Made by a program: the position numbers and the translations under genes
Shown: piece after piece, positions 48,497-57,763 of the stretch
Layout of the letters: every line of letters begins with the position of its first letter
Position numbering within the stretch: the first letter of the stretch is position 1
Assembly (NCBI GenBank): GCA_963693055.1
Contig: OY843751.1
Span: 3,168,001 to 3,232,000, forward strand
DNA from: a bacterium
Lineage (GTDB): Bacteria > Zhuqueibacterota > Zhuqueibacteria > Residuimicrobiales > Krinioviventaceae
Direction of reading: 5' to 3'
DNA: 64,000 nt
The notes under the pieces: model-generated
Told to the model about the DNA's origin: nothing
The model's input: only the letters and a program-made list of their open reading frames with translations
The model's database searches: none

Positions 48497-48523
48497 AAAA
48501 CTCACCTCCTTTCATAATTTTTT

Positions 48524-49231
48524 TTATGCTTCAGTATCTGTATTTTCTTCACTATTTTCTGCACCACTTTCTGCTGCAGCAATTTCTAGAACTTCACTGA
48601 TAGATATTTCTGCATCGCCTACCATAAAAGTTGGGGTACCATCATTATAACGTAAACCGGTTACTGTTCCACGGAATACAGGAACAAAATTAACCTTTTC
48701 ACCATTGTCGTTATATGCTGCAACATCCATATGATACACACCTTCGCTAACTGTACCACCACCCAGGTTTGAACCATCCCAGGTTGCGGTTACTTTACCG
48801 GCATTCTGGTAATCCATATCTATTGTTTTAACCAAAGTACCATCTTCAGTGTATATGGATACAGTCACATCTGAGGCATCTTCAGCAAGTGTAAATTCGA
48901 CTTCTTTTTCACCACTTCCTGAATATATAACAGAATCTGACTGGGCAAGAATATCTTTACCAATAACCGAAGACACAATAGAGTTGTGCATTGATTGTGT
49001 GAGGTATGCGTCTGTCTCCAGTTGCTCGTTAACTGTGTATAATTGTTCTAGTGAACTAAACTGTGCTAATTGGGCTACATACTCTGTATTGTCCATGGGA
49101 TCTAGGGGATCCTGATATTTTAATTCAGTAACCATCAGGTTCAAAAAGGCATCTTTATCCATCTCACGGGATGCCGAGTTGTCTGAATTAACACTGTATT
49201 CGTAATATGTACCAACCGATGAAATTGGCAT
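48524..49231 (-). CDS. flgD: Hook cap protein FlgD
   Basis: FLNLMVTELKYQDPLDPMDN..YVAQLAQFSSLEQ, WDG. Confidence 0.97.
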   Translation of the reverse strand: MPISSVGTYYEYSVNSDNSASREMDKDAFLNLMVTELKYQDPLDPMDNTEYVAQLAQFSSLEQLYTVNEQLETDAYLTQSMHNSIVSSVIGKDILAQSDSVIYSGSGEKEVEFTLAEDASDVTVSIYTEDGTLVKTIDMDYQNAGKVTATWDGSNLGGGTVSEGVYHMDVAAYNDNGEKVNFVPVFRGTVTGLRYNDGTPTFMVGDAEISISEVLEIAAAESGAENSEENTDTEA

Positions 49232-49246
49232 AATTAACTCCTAATT

Positions 49247-52200
49247 TTATGCAAGTGTTTCATATACAGATTGAAACTCTGTATACTGTTTGTCTTGGGT
49301 TCTGCTTTTTGAAATAGCAGAATTGTTTTGATTATTTTGTTGTTCCTGTCGTTGTCTGTTAAATGCATGTTGTCTTGACATGTCTTGTTGATCCGAATTC
49401 TCTGAAGATACAATACGTAATTCCTGCACCTGAACCTGGGACTTTGATAATGATTGTCGTAATTCAGGCATTGCCTGCTCAAGCATACGTTGAGACTGTT
49501 CAGACTGTACTTTTAATACAATCTGTACATCATTGTCTTGTTTAGTTAATTCTATTCTTAACAAACCCAACTCTGCTGTTCGAGCGCTTAGAGCCAATTT
49601 CTCGTCAGTGCTACGATTTAACAACATCTCATATCCTTCATGGATCTGCTGACTGAGATATGATATTTCAGATTTGGAAGCAACAATATTTGCATTCATC
49701 TGACTTGAAAATGTAGCATTATTAACTGCTGAATTTGAAAATACTGTCTGACCTTTGAAATTTGATTGCTCAGATAGGTTCTGTTCATTAGAGCCCATAT
49801 CTTTTTGAAACTCCTCTGTCACAGCTTTTTCAGTAACCAGAGTAACCGGTTTTGCTGTCTGGGTTTGGTTAGAGTTTGATTGTGTTTTATTAACTGTTGC
49901 AGGTTTATTCTCTGAAGCTGCAACAAATACATGTTTATTTTCTACATTGTCTGCATCACCAAAAGATTTTGCTTGCGATACCGATTGTGCAAGTACCTGT
50001 TTTTGATTTGTGCTCACTTTGGGCTGTTCAACAGTCTCGGATGCAATATTTGAATTCTTTTCGTTTTTAGCTATCATACTTTCTGATATAGCTGTCTTGC
50101 CTGGGGTATCTTTGGTTTGCAACCTACTATCATCATCCTTGAGTTCTGTTTTATCAACTTCCATATTACTGGTATTGGGTACGACAGTTTTTGATTGATA
50201 CTTTTTATTCGAATCAGATTTGATTTCAGTATCACTACCTGTTTTAGCTTGAAAAGTATTTTCATCAAACTTTGTATCATCCAGTTCGTATTCAGTAACT
50301 TTTGGGTTCTGCAAAGTTGGATTACTTCCCTGACTTTTGTTCACACTAAATTTATTTACAACCTGTTGCTTGTTTGTGTTGTCTTGTTTTTCATCAACAA
50401 TAGCTGTTGATTTTTCTGCAATAACATCAGCTTTAACCTTAGATACTGGTTTGATAGCTTTATCACTTTTTTCTGATTCTACTGAAACTCTGGACTCTAA
50501 ACTCGAATTCAAATCAGTATTAATTTTTGAATTTACAAATTTATCTTTATTGGAATTGACAGTTACCGTTGTTTCTTTCTTTTGATCGACTGTATTGTTA
50601 ACAATTCCAAAAGTTTGGTTTTGAACAATATTTTTTTCAGCAGATGCAGTTGCTATGTATTCATTTCGAATTGAATCCATTAATGGTTTTGTGCTTTTGA
50701 TGGCATTATTTTTTTCTGTATGCATCTCTGGCAAAGGTTCAATAACTTTTTGATTACTTTTTTCAGTTACAACTCTTTCCGTGTTTTTATTTAAGGCTAA
50801 TATCGTTTGCTTTTCATCAAGTTGCACCTTTTCATCAACAAGCGAAATTTGACTATCATTGTTTGCAGTATTAATTTTGTCCGAAACTGTCAAAGAATTC
50901 TGAGTATCAACTATTTTATCAGAAACACGAACAGCATCAACAACAACTTTGTTTTCATTTACTTTGGCAGCAGGTTCATTCAAAGATGTTTTAATAACTG
51001 CATCATCTTTCACCTGTTTGGATTCGGTTTTAGAAACTGATGGTCCCGGTGTGGAAACTGTCTTTATTTTATTACCATCCTTAACAGTGGAATCAGTTTC
51101 AATGTTAACTGATCCATTTTTATTTTCTGCCAGGGGTGTATCAGATTGTTTCTGAGCAGCATTGTCAGACTGATTAGATTTTACAATAAATTGTTTGATT
51201 TTTGTGATCACATTCTTGGTATCAACTCCTTGATCTGCTTTTGCAACAGATTTTGCATCTGTATTTTGGGAATCAGTTTTAGCAATCTCTGGCTCTGATA
51301 AAGTCATCAGTTTCATTTCTCTTTTGGCTGTCAGCTTGTTAATTTCTGTATCGGCAAAAGTATTGGACTTGATTTCTTTAGGTATTGATTCAACTTTTTT
51401 TGAATTATTAGATGTAACAGTATCTATCTTGTTATTTTCTACTGATGCTTGTTGTTTTGCAGCTGGTTTTGTGTTCTCTGACTTTACATCATTCACAATC
51501 ACACTGGCTGTTGTATTTTTAACAGATGCAGATTGTTTTGCTGTACTCGCAGATTGTACGGATGCTTTGGTTTCAGCAACAACCTTATTTTGTACAGATC
51601 CGGATTCTTTTATAGATGGAGCGGCAATATCTGTTTTATTTTTTTTTGTATTAATAACAGTTGGTTCTAAATTCACACTATTAACAGACTTTGTTGATTT
51701 TGAATTATCAGGAACCAGAGTTTCATTTGGTTTTTCCATTTTAGCATTCCGAGTAATTGACTCGGAATTTGTCACAGTCTCTTTTTCAGTCTTTGAGGAT
51801 ACAGCTTTAGTTTCAACTTTAAAATTTTCATGGGTTTTTGCATGATTCGTAACTGTCGGGTTAACGTTTACATTTTCTGATTTACTATAGCTTACCGATT
51901 CAATAGCAGGATCGGTCATTCTTAAAGATTCTGCTTTGATCGAATTCTGACTATTATTTTGCAAACTGGTTATCAACTCATTTTTAGCAGTATCTTTAAT
52001 CTCATTTGTTGCATGCTCACCCCGAATCAGAGGTTTATTTGATGTTTGATAATCTGCTTTATTTTCAACTTTGGGAGTTGATTGCAAATTGTTTTTTACT
52101 GTGATATTATCTTGAACGGGTTTACTCTCTGCCACAGTTGTGTTTTTAGTATCGCTTGTTTTGGGGGTTTCAATTTCCGTACGTGTAACATTATCATTAT

Positions 52201-53455
52201 TTTGAACAATTGGCTTAGCGTTGTTATGGATGCGGTCAACAGCTGAAACCGTGGAAGGTTTTGCCGCTTGGTCTATTTTTTCAGGTGCCTGGGTTTGCAC
52301 AGGAGATTTTTCTGCTGTATTCTTTTCTGTCTTGACGACTTTAGCAGAAAGATCTGTTTTCTGATTATCTATTGCACTAGTCCCATTATCAAAAGATACC
52401 GGGACTTTATCCGCGTTTAAATTGCCATTCGAATTGGCTGCTTTAGCAATTGTCGCACTGGTTCGCAGAGTTTCTTGAGCTATACTGGTACGAGTGTCAG
52501 AATTTGAATCGGCTTTTACCTGGGCAATATTAGCATCACTGTGCTCTGTCACAACAGACGGATTTTTTATAGCGTTTTTTTCAGATTTTGCTTCAACATT
52601 AACTTTATTATTAGTGGCAGTAATAACATTTTCATTATTTTGCTTTTCCTGCTTTATTACAGGTATTAGATCGGATGTGTCAATATTAACTTTGGCATTT
52701 TCATGAACCAAAGTTTTACTGGTGCTCACAGCAGCATGTTTAACATGTGTATGTTTAGATTCAAGTGGTTTATCACTTTTTTCAACAGAATTCAACATTG
52801 ATACAGTTTCGACAGCTTGAGCTTTGAATTCCTCTTGTGGTTTTTCAACAATTGACACTGTATTCTTTTTAATTTCTACATTTGAATTAACTTGATGAGG
52901 CATCCCGATTATGGGTTGCGTTTCAGCGGAATTCGCATCAATTTTTGTTTTTTGATATTTTTTTACTTTTACAATATCATCAGTTACATTTTCAGTTGTA
53001 TTAGTAACTGGTTGTTCTTTACTGCTTGCCTGGTTAATGTTAGATACAGATTTCTTTTTAACATCAGTTATCGCGTTTTTTGTCGTGTTTTTTTCAACGG
53101 TACCTGTAACATCTTTGTCCATTTTTACAGATACAGATGGATTGATAATAAACTGTCTTACACGATCCTTATTTTTTGCTCCAAGCGTATGGATATTGAT
53201 GGGAGAGTCAGTATTTTTCTTGTTGTTTGTTGGTACACTAGTATCTTTAATTTTTGAGCTATCTACATTATCACCAAAAGGAGAGATATTAGATTTCTGA
53301 AAAGATTGAGTACTATTAACATTACCCAATATCTGTTTAAATATAGATTGACCGGCAGATTCAGCTTTTGCCTGTTGTTTACCGGAAAACATTTGCATCA
53401 ATCCACTGTTTTTGAATTTGCTAAATAATTTCCCGATGTTTGTCATTTGTTTCAT
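49247..53455 (-). CDS. fliK: Very long hook-length control protein FliK
   Basis: ~1270 aa K/T/S/N-rich low complexity, then C-terminal ELG.LRIEL...LEQAMPELRQSL (T3S4-like); sits upstream of flgD. Confidence 0.8.
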   Translation of the reverse strand: MKQMTNIGKLFSKFKNSGLMQMFSGKQQAKAESAGQSIFKQILGNVNSTQSFQKSNISPFGDNVDSSKIKDTSVPTNNKKNTDSPINIHTLGAKNKDRVRQFIINPSVSVKMDKDVTGTVEKNTTKNAITDVKKKSVSNINQASSKEQPVTNTTENVTDDIVKVKKYQKTKIDANSAETQPIIGMPHQVNSNVEIKKNTVSIVEKPQEEFKAQAVETVSMLNSVEKSDKPLESKHTHVKHAAVSTSKTLVHENAKVNIDTSDLIPVIKQEKQNNENVITATNNKVNVEAKSEKNAIKNPSVVTEHSDANIAQVKADSNSDTRTSIAQETLRTSATIAKAANSNGNLNADKVPVSFDNGTSAIDNQKTDLSAKVVKTEKNTAEKSPVQTQAPEKIDQAAKPSTVSAVDRIHNNAKPIVQNNDNVTRTEIETPKTSDTKNTTVAESKPVQDNITVKNNLQSTPKVENKADYQTSNKPLIRGEHATNEIKDTAKNELITSLQNNSQNSIKAESLRMTDPAIESVSYSKSENVNVNPTVTNHAKTHENFKVETKAVSSKTEKETVTNSESITRNAKMEKPNETLVPDNSKSTKSVNSVNLEPTVINTKKNKTDIAAPSIKESGSVQNKVVAETKASVQSASTAKQSASVKNTTASVIVNDVKSENTKPAAKQQASVENNKIDTVTSNNSKKVESIPKEIKSNTFADTEINKLTAKREMKLMTLSEPEIAKTDSQNTDAKSVAKADQGVDTKNVITKIKQFIVKSNQSDNAAQKQSDTPLAENKNGSVNIETDSTVKDGNKIKTVSTPGPSVSKTESKQVKDDAVIKTSLNEPAAKVNENKVVVDAVRVSDKIVDTQNSLTVSDKINTANNDSQISLVDEKVQLDEKQTILALNKNTERVVTEKSNQKVIEPLPEMHTEKNNAIKSTKPLMDSIRNEYIATASAEKNIVQNQTFGIVNNTVDQKKETTVTVNSNKDKFVNSKINTDLNSSLESRVSVESEKSDKAIKPVSKVKADVIAEKSTAIVDEKQDNTNKQQVVNKFSVNKSQGSNPTLQNPKVTEYELDDTKFDENTFQAKTGSDTEIKSDSNKKYQSKTVVPNTSNMEVDKTELKDDDSRLQTKDTPGKTAISESMIAKNEKNSNIASETVEQPKVSTNQKQVLAQSVSQAKSFGDADNVENKHVFVAASENKPATVNKTQSNSNQTQTAKPVTLVTEKAVTEEFQKDMGSNEQNLSEQSNFKGQTVFSNSAVNNATFSSQMNANIVASKSEISYLSQQIHEGYEMLLNRSTDEKLALSARTAELGLLRIELTKQDNDVQIVLKVQSEQSQRMLEQAMPELRQSLSKSQVQVQELRIVSSENSDQQDMSRQHAFNRQRQEQQNNQNNSAISKSRTQDKQYTEFQSVYETLA

Positions 53456-53466
53456 GCCAGTCTCCT

Positions 53467-54312
53467 CTACTGCACCATATACTTACAAATCTGTGTAGCT
53501 TTTCCAGGCTCCATAGCTTCAAGAATTTTGGCTGCCTGTCTCTCACGTATTTTCATCAACATTTGCGCTGCGGTTTCAGAATCAAAATCAGCAAGTATTG
53601 TTGCAGCTTGTTTGGGTTTCATTGAACTGTAAATCTTGGCACTATTTGCCAGGGCCTTTTCACGTTCTAGTCTTTCCTGTTCGAGTTTAGCCAACCTGGC
53701 CTGTTCTTTTTTTGCCTCAAGTTCCTGCTCAAACTTTTTTTCTTCAATACTGGGTGTTGTATCTTGAACAACAATGGTTTTAGGCTCTACCAATTTTAAT
53801 GAATCAATTTCCAGAGACATCTGCTCAATATCTGCAGCCTGTTTTTTCAGATTTCTCAATTCACTCCACAGAAAATCAATTTCACGCTTTCTGCGGCCAT
53901 TCTCCATTTTGAGTATTTGCATATGATCTTCAACTGTTAAAAACCCTTCCGGTGGTACATAATACCCGTCACCTTTAACAGTATCACCCAAAGACATTGC
54001 ATGTATCGAGTTTGAATCCACTTGTGACAAGGCCAAAGAATCAGCATTCATTGTGGAATCCACATCAACAACTGATTGATTTTGAAAAATATCAAATGAA
54101 TTTTGGTTCCGTTTATGAACAATAAAATACATAAATACAAATACAATAAAGAATGACCACATGAGTGCAATTCCCCACATGAGTAAATTCTTGGGGAGCC
54201 ATTTTTTACCGCCTTCATCGTAATCATCAAAATCGGTAGGACCAAAATCCTCTGCCTCTTCATTTAGATCACTGGATTCATCATCTAATTGATTTTCTAA
54301 TTCTTCATCCAT
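53467..54312 (-). CDS. MotE/YlxF/FlbB-like protein (TM, coiled coil, MgtE_N-like C-terminus)
   Basis: AKIYSSMKPKQAA.IL...AAKILEAMEPGKA; between fliJ and fliK. Confidence 0.85.
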   Translation of the reverse strand: MDEELENQLDDESSDLNEEAEDFGPTDFDDYDEGGKKWLPKNLLMWGIALMWSFFIVFVFMYFIVHKRNQNSFDIFQNQSVVDVDSTMNADSLALSQVDSNSIHAMSLGDTVKGDGYYVPPEGFLTVEDHMQILKMENGRRKREIDFLWSELRNLKKQAADIEQMSLEIDSLKLVEPKTIVVQDTTPSIEEKKFEQELEAKKEQARLAKLEQERLEREKALANSAKIYSSMKPKQAATILADFDSETAAQMLMKIRERQAAKILEAMEPGKATQICKYMVQ

Positions 54313-54315
54313 ATT

Positions 54316-54768
54316 CTATACTCTGGTACGTTTTCTAATTGAATCGATTACCGCGACCTCGTCCAGGAACTTTTGTTCTTCAGCTTCGGCCAACTTTAAA
54401 TAATTCTCATATTGTTTTTCATCAAGCTTTTCAAGTATCTTTTTATCTTTTTGTGCCGATATTGCTTGAATTACTTTTTCATTTACTACTTTTTGTGCTT
54501 TTTGTATATTTTCAACTTGTAATTGCTTGAGTATTAATTTTCCTTCAATATTTCTATAAACCGTATTTAATAAAACAGATGACTGATGCTGTTCTTTCAA
54601 TAGTTGAATTAATGCATTAGCTTCCATTTCTTCAGCTTTGAGTTTCTCCAGCTTTTCCATTTCCAGATTTAATTGTTGAAAAGCCTCAGCCAATTCTTTT
54701 TGTTTTTCCTTTTCTCTTATCTTTCTTACTTTTAAGACCTGTTCAAGTGAAAATTTATATCGTTTCAA
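54316..54768 (-). CDS. fliJ: Export chaperone FliJ
   Basis: YKFSLEQVLKVR..RE, K.LEKL.EK, EQKFLDEVA. Confidence 0.92.
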   Translation of the reverse strand: MKRYKFSLEQVLKVRKIREKEKQKELAEAFQQLNLEMEKLEKLKAEEMEANALIQLLKEQHQSSVLLNTVYRNIEGKLILKQLQVENIQKAQKVVNEKVIQAISAQKDKKILEKLDEKQYENYLKLAEAEEQKFLDEVAVIDSIRKRTRV

Positions 54769-54785
54769 TATAGTATCCAGTCTGC

Positions 54786-56114
54786 TTATTTAAATATAGT
54801 CAACAGTTGTTCTATCGTTTGATTAAATACCGCTTTTTCATATTGTCGCTGTTTTAAAAAGGTTCGTATAGTTTCTATATGATTAATAGCAAAATCAATT
54901 TTAGGATTATTACCTTTAATATATGCTCCTATATTGATCAAATCTTCAGCTTCCTGAAAAGTTGCAAGTGCATCTCTTAATTTTAATGCAGATAATAGAT
55001 GTTCCTCCGGGATAATATCATTCATCACACGGCTAACACTTTGCAATACATCAATTGCAGGATAGTGGTTCTGTTCCGCCAACCGTCTTGACAAGACCAT
55101 ATGACCATCCAGGATAGATCGCACGGTATCTGCAACCGGATCATTCATATCATCACTTTCTACTAAAACTGTATAAAATCCGGTAATACTGCCTTTATCA
55201 GACATGCCGGCACGTTCCAGCAATCTTGGCATCAAAGCAAATACAGATGGTGTATACCCCTTTGTTGTTGGAGGTTCACCTACTGCAAGACCAATTTCAC
55301 GCTGGGCCATTGCAACACGAGTAACCGAATCCATCATCAATACAACACGGTTTCCCTGATCTCTAAAATACTCTGCAATAGAAGTGGCTATTTGCGCACC
55401 TCGAATTCTTAAAACTGCAGCCTGGTCGGAAGTTACTACAACTATGACAGATTTCTTTAATCCTTCTTCGCCCAGACTGTTTTCAATAAATTCATTAACT
55501 TCCCGGCCACGTTCTCCAATCAAAGCAATTACATTAACATCCGCATTACTGCTGCGGGCAATCATACCCAGCAATACACTCTTGCCAACACCACTACCTG
55601 CAAAAATCCCCATTCTCTGCCCTTCACCACAAGTGATCATGCTGTCAATTGATCGTATACCTGTGGTTAATGGCTCTGTGATTCTGGGACGTGACAATGC
55701 AGATGGTGGCTCCTGATTGATATTGGCTTTTTCTGTTGTAATAATGGGGCCTTTGCCGTCAATAGGATTTCCATAACCATCCAGCACACGTCCTAACAGA
55801 CTGTTACCAACCTGAAGTGTCAACGTTTGTTTCTCGGTTGAAACTTTACAACCCGCACTTATACCATTTGTATCTGAAAATGGCATAAGCAGTACATGAT
55901 CTCCATCAAGCCCAACAACTTCTGCTGCTTTCTTTTCATCAGACGTTGTTGTTTCAATCCAGCAGATATTTCCAACCGATACATTCGGACCACGAGATTC
56001 AACCAAAAGGCCCTTAACCCGAGACACCTGACCTCTGAACTGAATGGCATTGCATTCTTCAAGAGCTTTGATAGCATTATTCATCATTAAATTGTTATAT
56101 TCAATCATTGCCAT
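54786..56114 (-). CDS. fliI: Export ATPase FliI
   Basis: GIFAGSGVGKS, LIGERGREV, MMDSVTR, GEPPTTKGY; start set to ATG 56114 behind GGAGA. Confidence 0.97.
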   Translation of the reverse strand: MAMIEYNNLMMNNAIKALEECNAIQFRGQVSRVKGLLVESRGPNVSVGNICWIETTTSDEKKAAEVVGLDGDHVLLMPFSDTNGISAGCKVSTEKQTLTLQVGNSLLGRVLDGYGNPIDGKGPIITTEKANINQEPPSALSRPRITEPLTTGIRSIDSMITCGEGQRMGIFAGSGVGKSVLLGMIARSSNADVNVIALIGERGREVNEFIENSLGEEGLKKSVIVVVTSDQAAVLRIRGAQIATSIAEYFRDQGNRVVLMMDSVTRVAMAQREIGLAVGEPPTTKGYTPSVFALMPRLLERAGMSDKGSITGFYTVLVESDDMNDPVADTVRSILDGHMVLSRRLAEQNHYPAIDVLQSVSRVMNDIIPEEHLLSALKLRDALATFQEAEDLINIGAYIKGNNPKIDFAINHIETIRTFLKQRQYEKAVFNQTIEQLLTIFK

Positions 56115-56754
56115 CAGTATCTCCGAGAAAACTTTCAAAGAGCGATTTTTGTAATATTTCCAATTGCTTATCTATGCGAGCATCAATATCACCACTTTCA
56201 GTAGCAATTATGCAACTACCTTTATCAATATCCGCATGTTCTTCAAGCTTTATTTTTTTGTCGAAATAATCTTTTTTAATAGCAGGCAAATATTTTTCAA
56301 GAATCTTTTTATCTTCAGGATTCACCTGGATTAAAAGCTCATCATCATTACCGCTTGAATGAATAGCATTATTTACAATATTTAGTATAAATGTGTCATC
56401 AATTTCTATTTTATCATAAATCACTTTTTGTGCAACTGCCATTGCAAGCGTAGCAACCTTTGTATTAAATTCATCATAAAAGATAGCGCGACTGTTCATA
56501 AAGTGGTTCACTTCATTAGATAAAGCAGTCAACAAAGCATTCACATGAGCCAGTTCTTGCACTTTATTCTTTTCAACCTGCAGATTCTCATATTTTAATT
56601 TAATTTCCTGAGCTGCAAGATCCAGTTCTTGTTGTCTTGCCTCCATTTCGGCTTTTTTGATAATGGTTTGTTTCGGTTTGAGTTGTTCTGCAACTCGCCT
56701 TACATCTTTCATTTCACGAACCGGGAATGGCATATTTAATTTAAGATTATACAT
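56101..56754 (-). CDS. fliH: Export protein FliH
   Basis: IQVNPED, GSCIIATESGDIDARID.QL; start moved to ATG 56754 overlapping the fliG stop. Confidence 0.9.
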   Translation of the reverse strand: MYNLKLNMPFPVREMKDVRRVAEQLKPKQTIIKKAEMEARQQELDLAAQEIKLKYENLQVEKNKVQELAHVNALLTALSNEVNHFMNSRAIFYDEFNTKVATLAMAVAQKVIYDKIEIDDTFILNIVNNAIHSSGNDDELLIQVNPEDKKILEKYLPAIKKDYFDKKIKLEEHADIDKGSCIIATESGDIDARIDKQLEILQKSLFESFLGDTDGND

Positions 56755-57760
56755 AAACTTCACGATCCGATGTTGGCAATGCAACTTCACCAGCTTCAAC
56801 AAGCTTTTTAATTTGCTGTGCAATTTGTTGTTGTACAGCTTCCACTTCAGACAATCTAACTTTACCAAGATATTCAACTTCTTCGTTAAGAATATTTTTA
56901 GCACGTTCAGACATATTGTCAAAAATTCTGTTTTTCAATTCATCTGGTGATACCTTGAGAGCAAGTGCTAGATCTTTCATTTCAATATCACGCATGAGAC
57001 GTTGAATCGCATTGTCATCCAATTGGATAATGATATCGAATACAAACATACGTTTTTCAACTTCTTTAGCCAGATCATCGTCATAATCTTCAAGGGCTTT
57101 AAGAGCACTTTTCTCAGCTTTCTGACCGATAAAGTTAAGGATAGCAGCAACCTTGTCAGCACCACCCGCTTTTTCATGTCTAATCCTCAGATCCATACTG
57201 GATGAAAGTGCATGCTCAACTTCACCAACAAGACTACTGTCAATAGATTTCATAAGAGTAAGACGAATAATAATCTCGTTCCGCATATTTTCATCAAATT
57301 TTGACAAAATTGAACCCGCTTGTTCAGAATCCAACTGTGATAAAATAAATGCAACAGTTTGTGGATGTTCTTCAGAAAGCATCTGAATAAATTGTTCCGG
57401 ATGCAACTTTCCAATAACTCCAATATCATGTACATCATTGGTTCGACGGAGCTTGTCGATAATTTTCATAGCACGGCCAGAATCGAGAGCTTCAACAAGA
57501 ACGTCACGTGCATAATCAATACCACCCGCGACCATATATTTTTGACCCATGATCAGATTCTGAAATTCTTCAATTACCTGTTCAAACTGGTCAGAGGGAA
57601 CGTTTTCTAGAATTGCCATTTCCCTGGTTATTAATTCGATTTCCTGGTCATTGAGTTCTTTAAAAACAGCAGCTGCAGCTTTTGAACCTAAACCGATAAG
57701 CAAAATGGCTGATTTACGAATACCGACGCCATGACTACTAATTTTGTTTTCACCATCCAT
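56747..57760 (-). CDS. fliG: Rotor protein FliG
   Basis: KSAILLIGLG, GGIDYA, EEHPQTVA.IL, MFVFD, NMSERA, VRLSEVE. Confidence 0.97.
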   Translation of the reverse strand: MDGENKISSHGVGIRKSAILLIGLGSKAAAAVFKELNDQEIELITREMAILENVPSDQFEQVIEEFQNLIMGQKYMVAGGIDYARDVLVEALDSGRAMKIIDKLRRTNDVHDIGVIGKLHPEQFIQMLSEEHPQTVAFILSQLDSEQAGSILSKFDENMRNEIIIRLTLMKSIDSSLVGEVEHALSSSMDLRIRHEKAGGADKVAAILNFIGQKAEKSALKALEDYDDDLAKEVEKRMFVFDIIIQLDDNAIQRLMRDIEMKDLALALKVSPDELKNRIFDNMSERAKNILNEEVEYLGKVRLSEVEAVQQQIAQQIKKLVEAGEVALPTSDREVYV

Positions 57761-57763
57761 ATT

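Noticed and set aside
49247-53455. fliK as an adhesin, repeat array or foreign insertion
   Set aside because: No signal peptide, long tandem repeats or flanking repeats seen; position and C-terminal domain fit FliK.
56755-56922. N-terminal extensions of fliH (to 56922), fliI (to 56138) and the MCP (to 28906) in the ORF track
   Set aside because: They overlap upstream genes; downstream ATGs with SD or stop-start coupling are more plausible.
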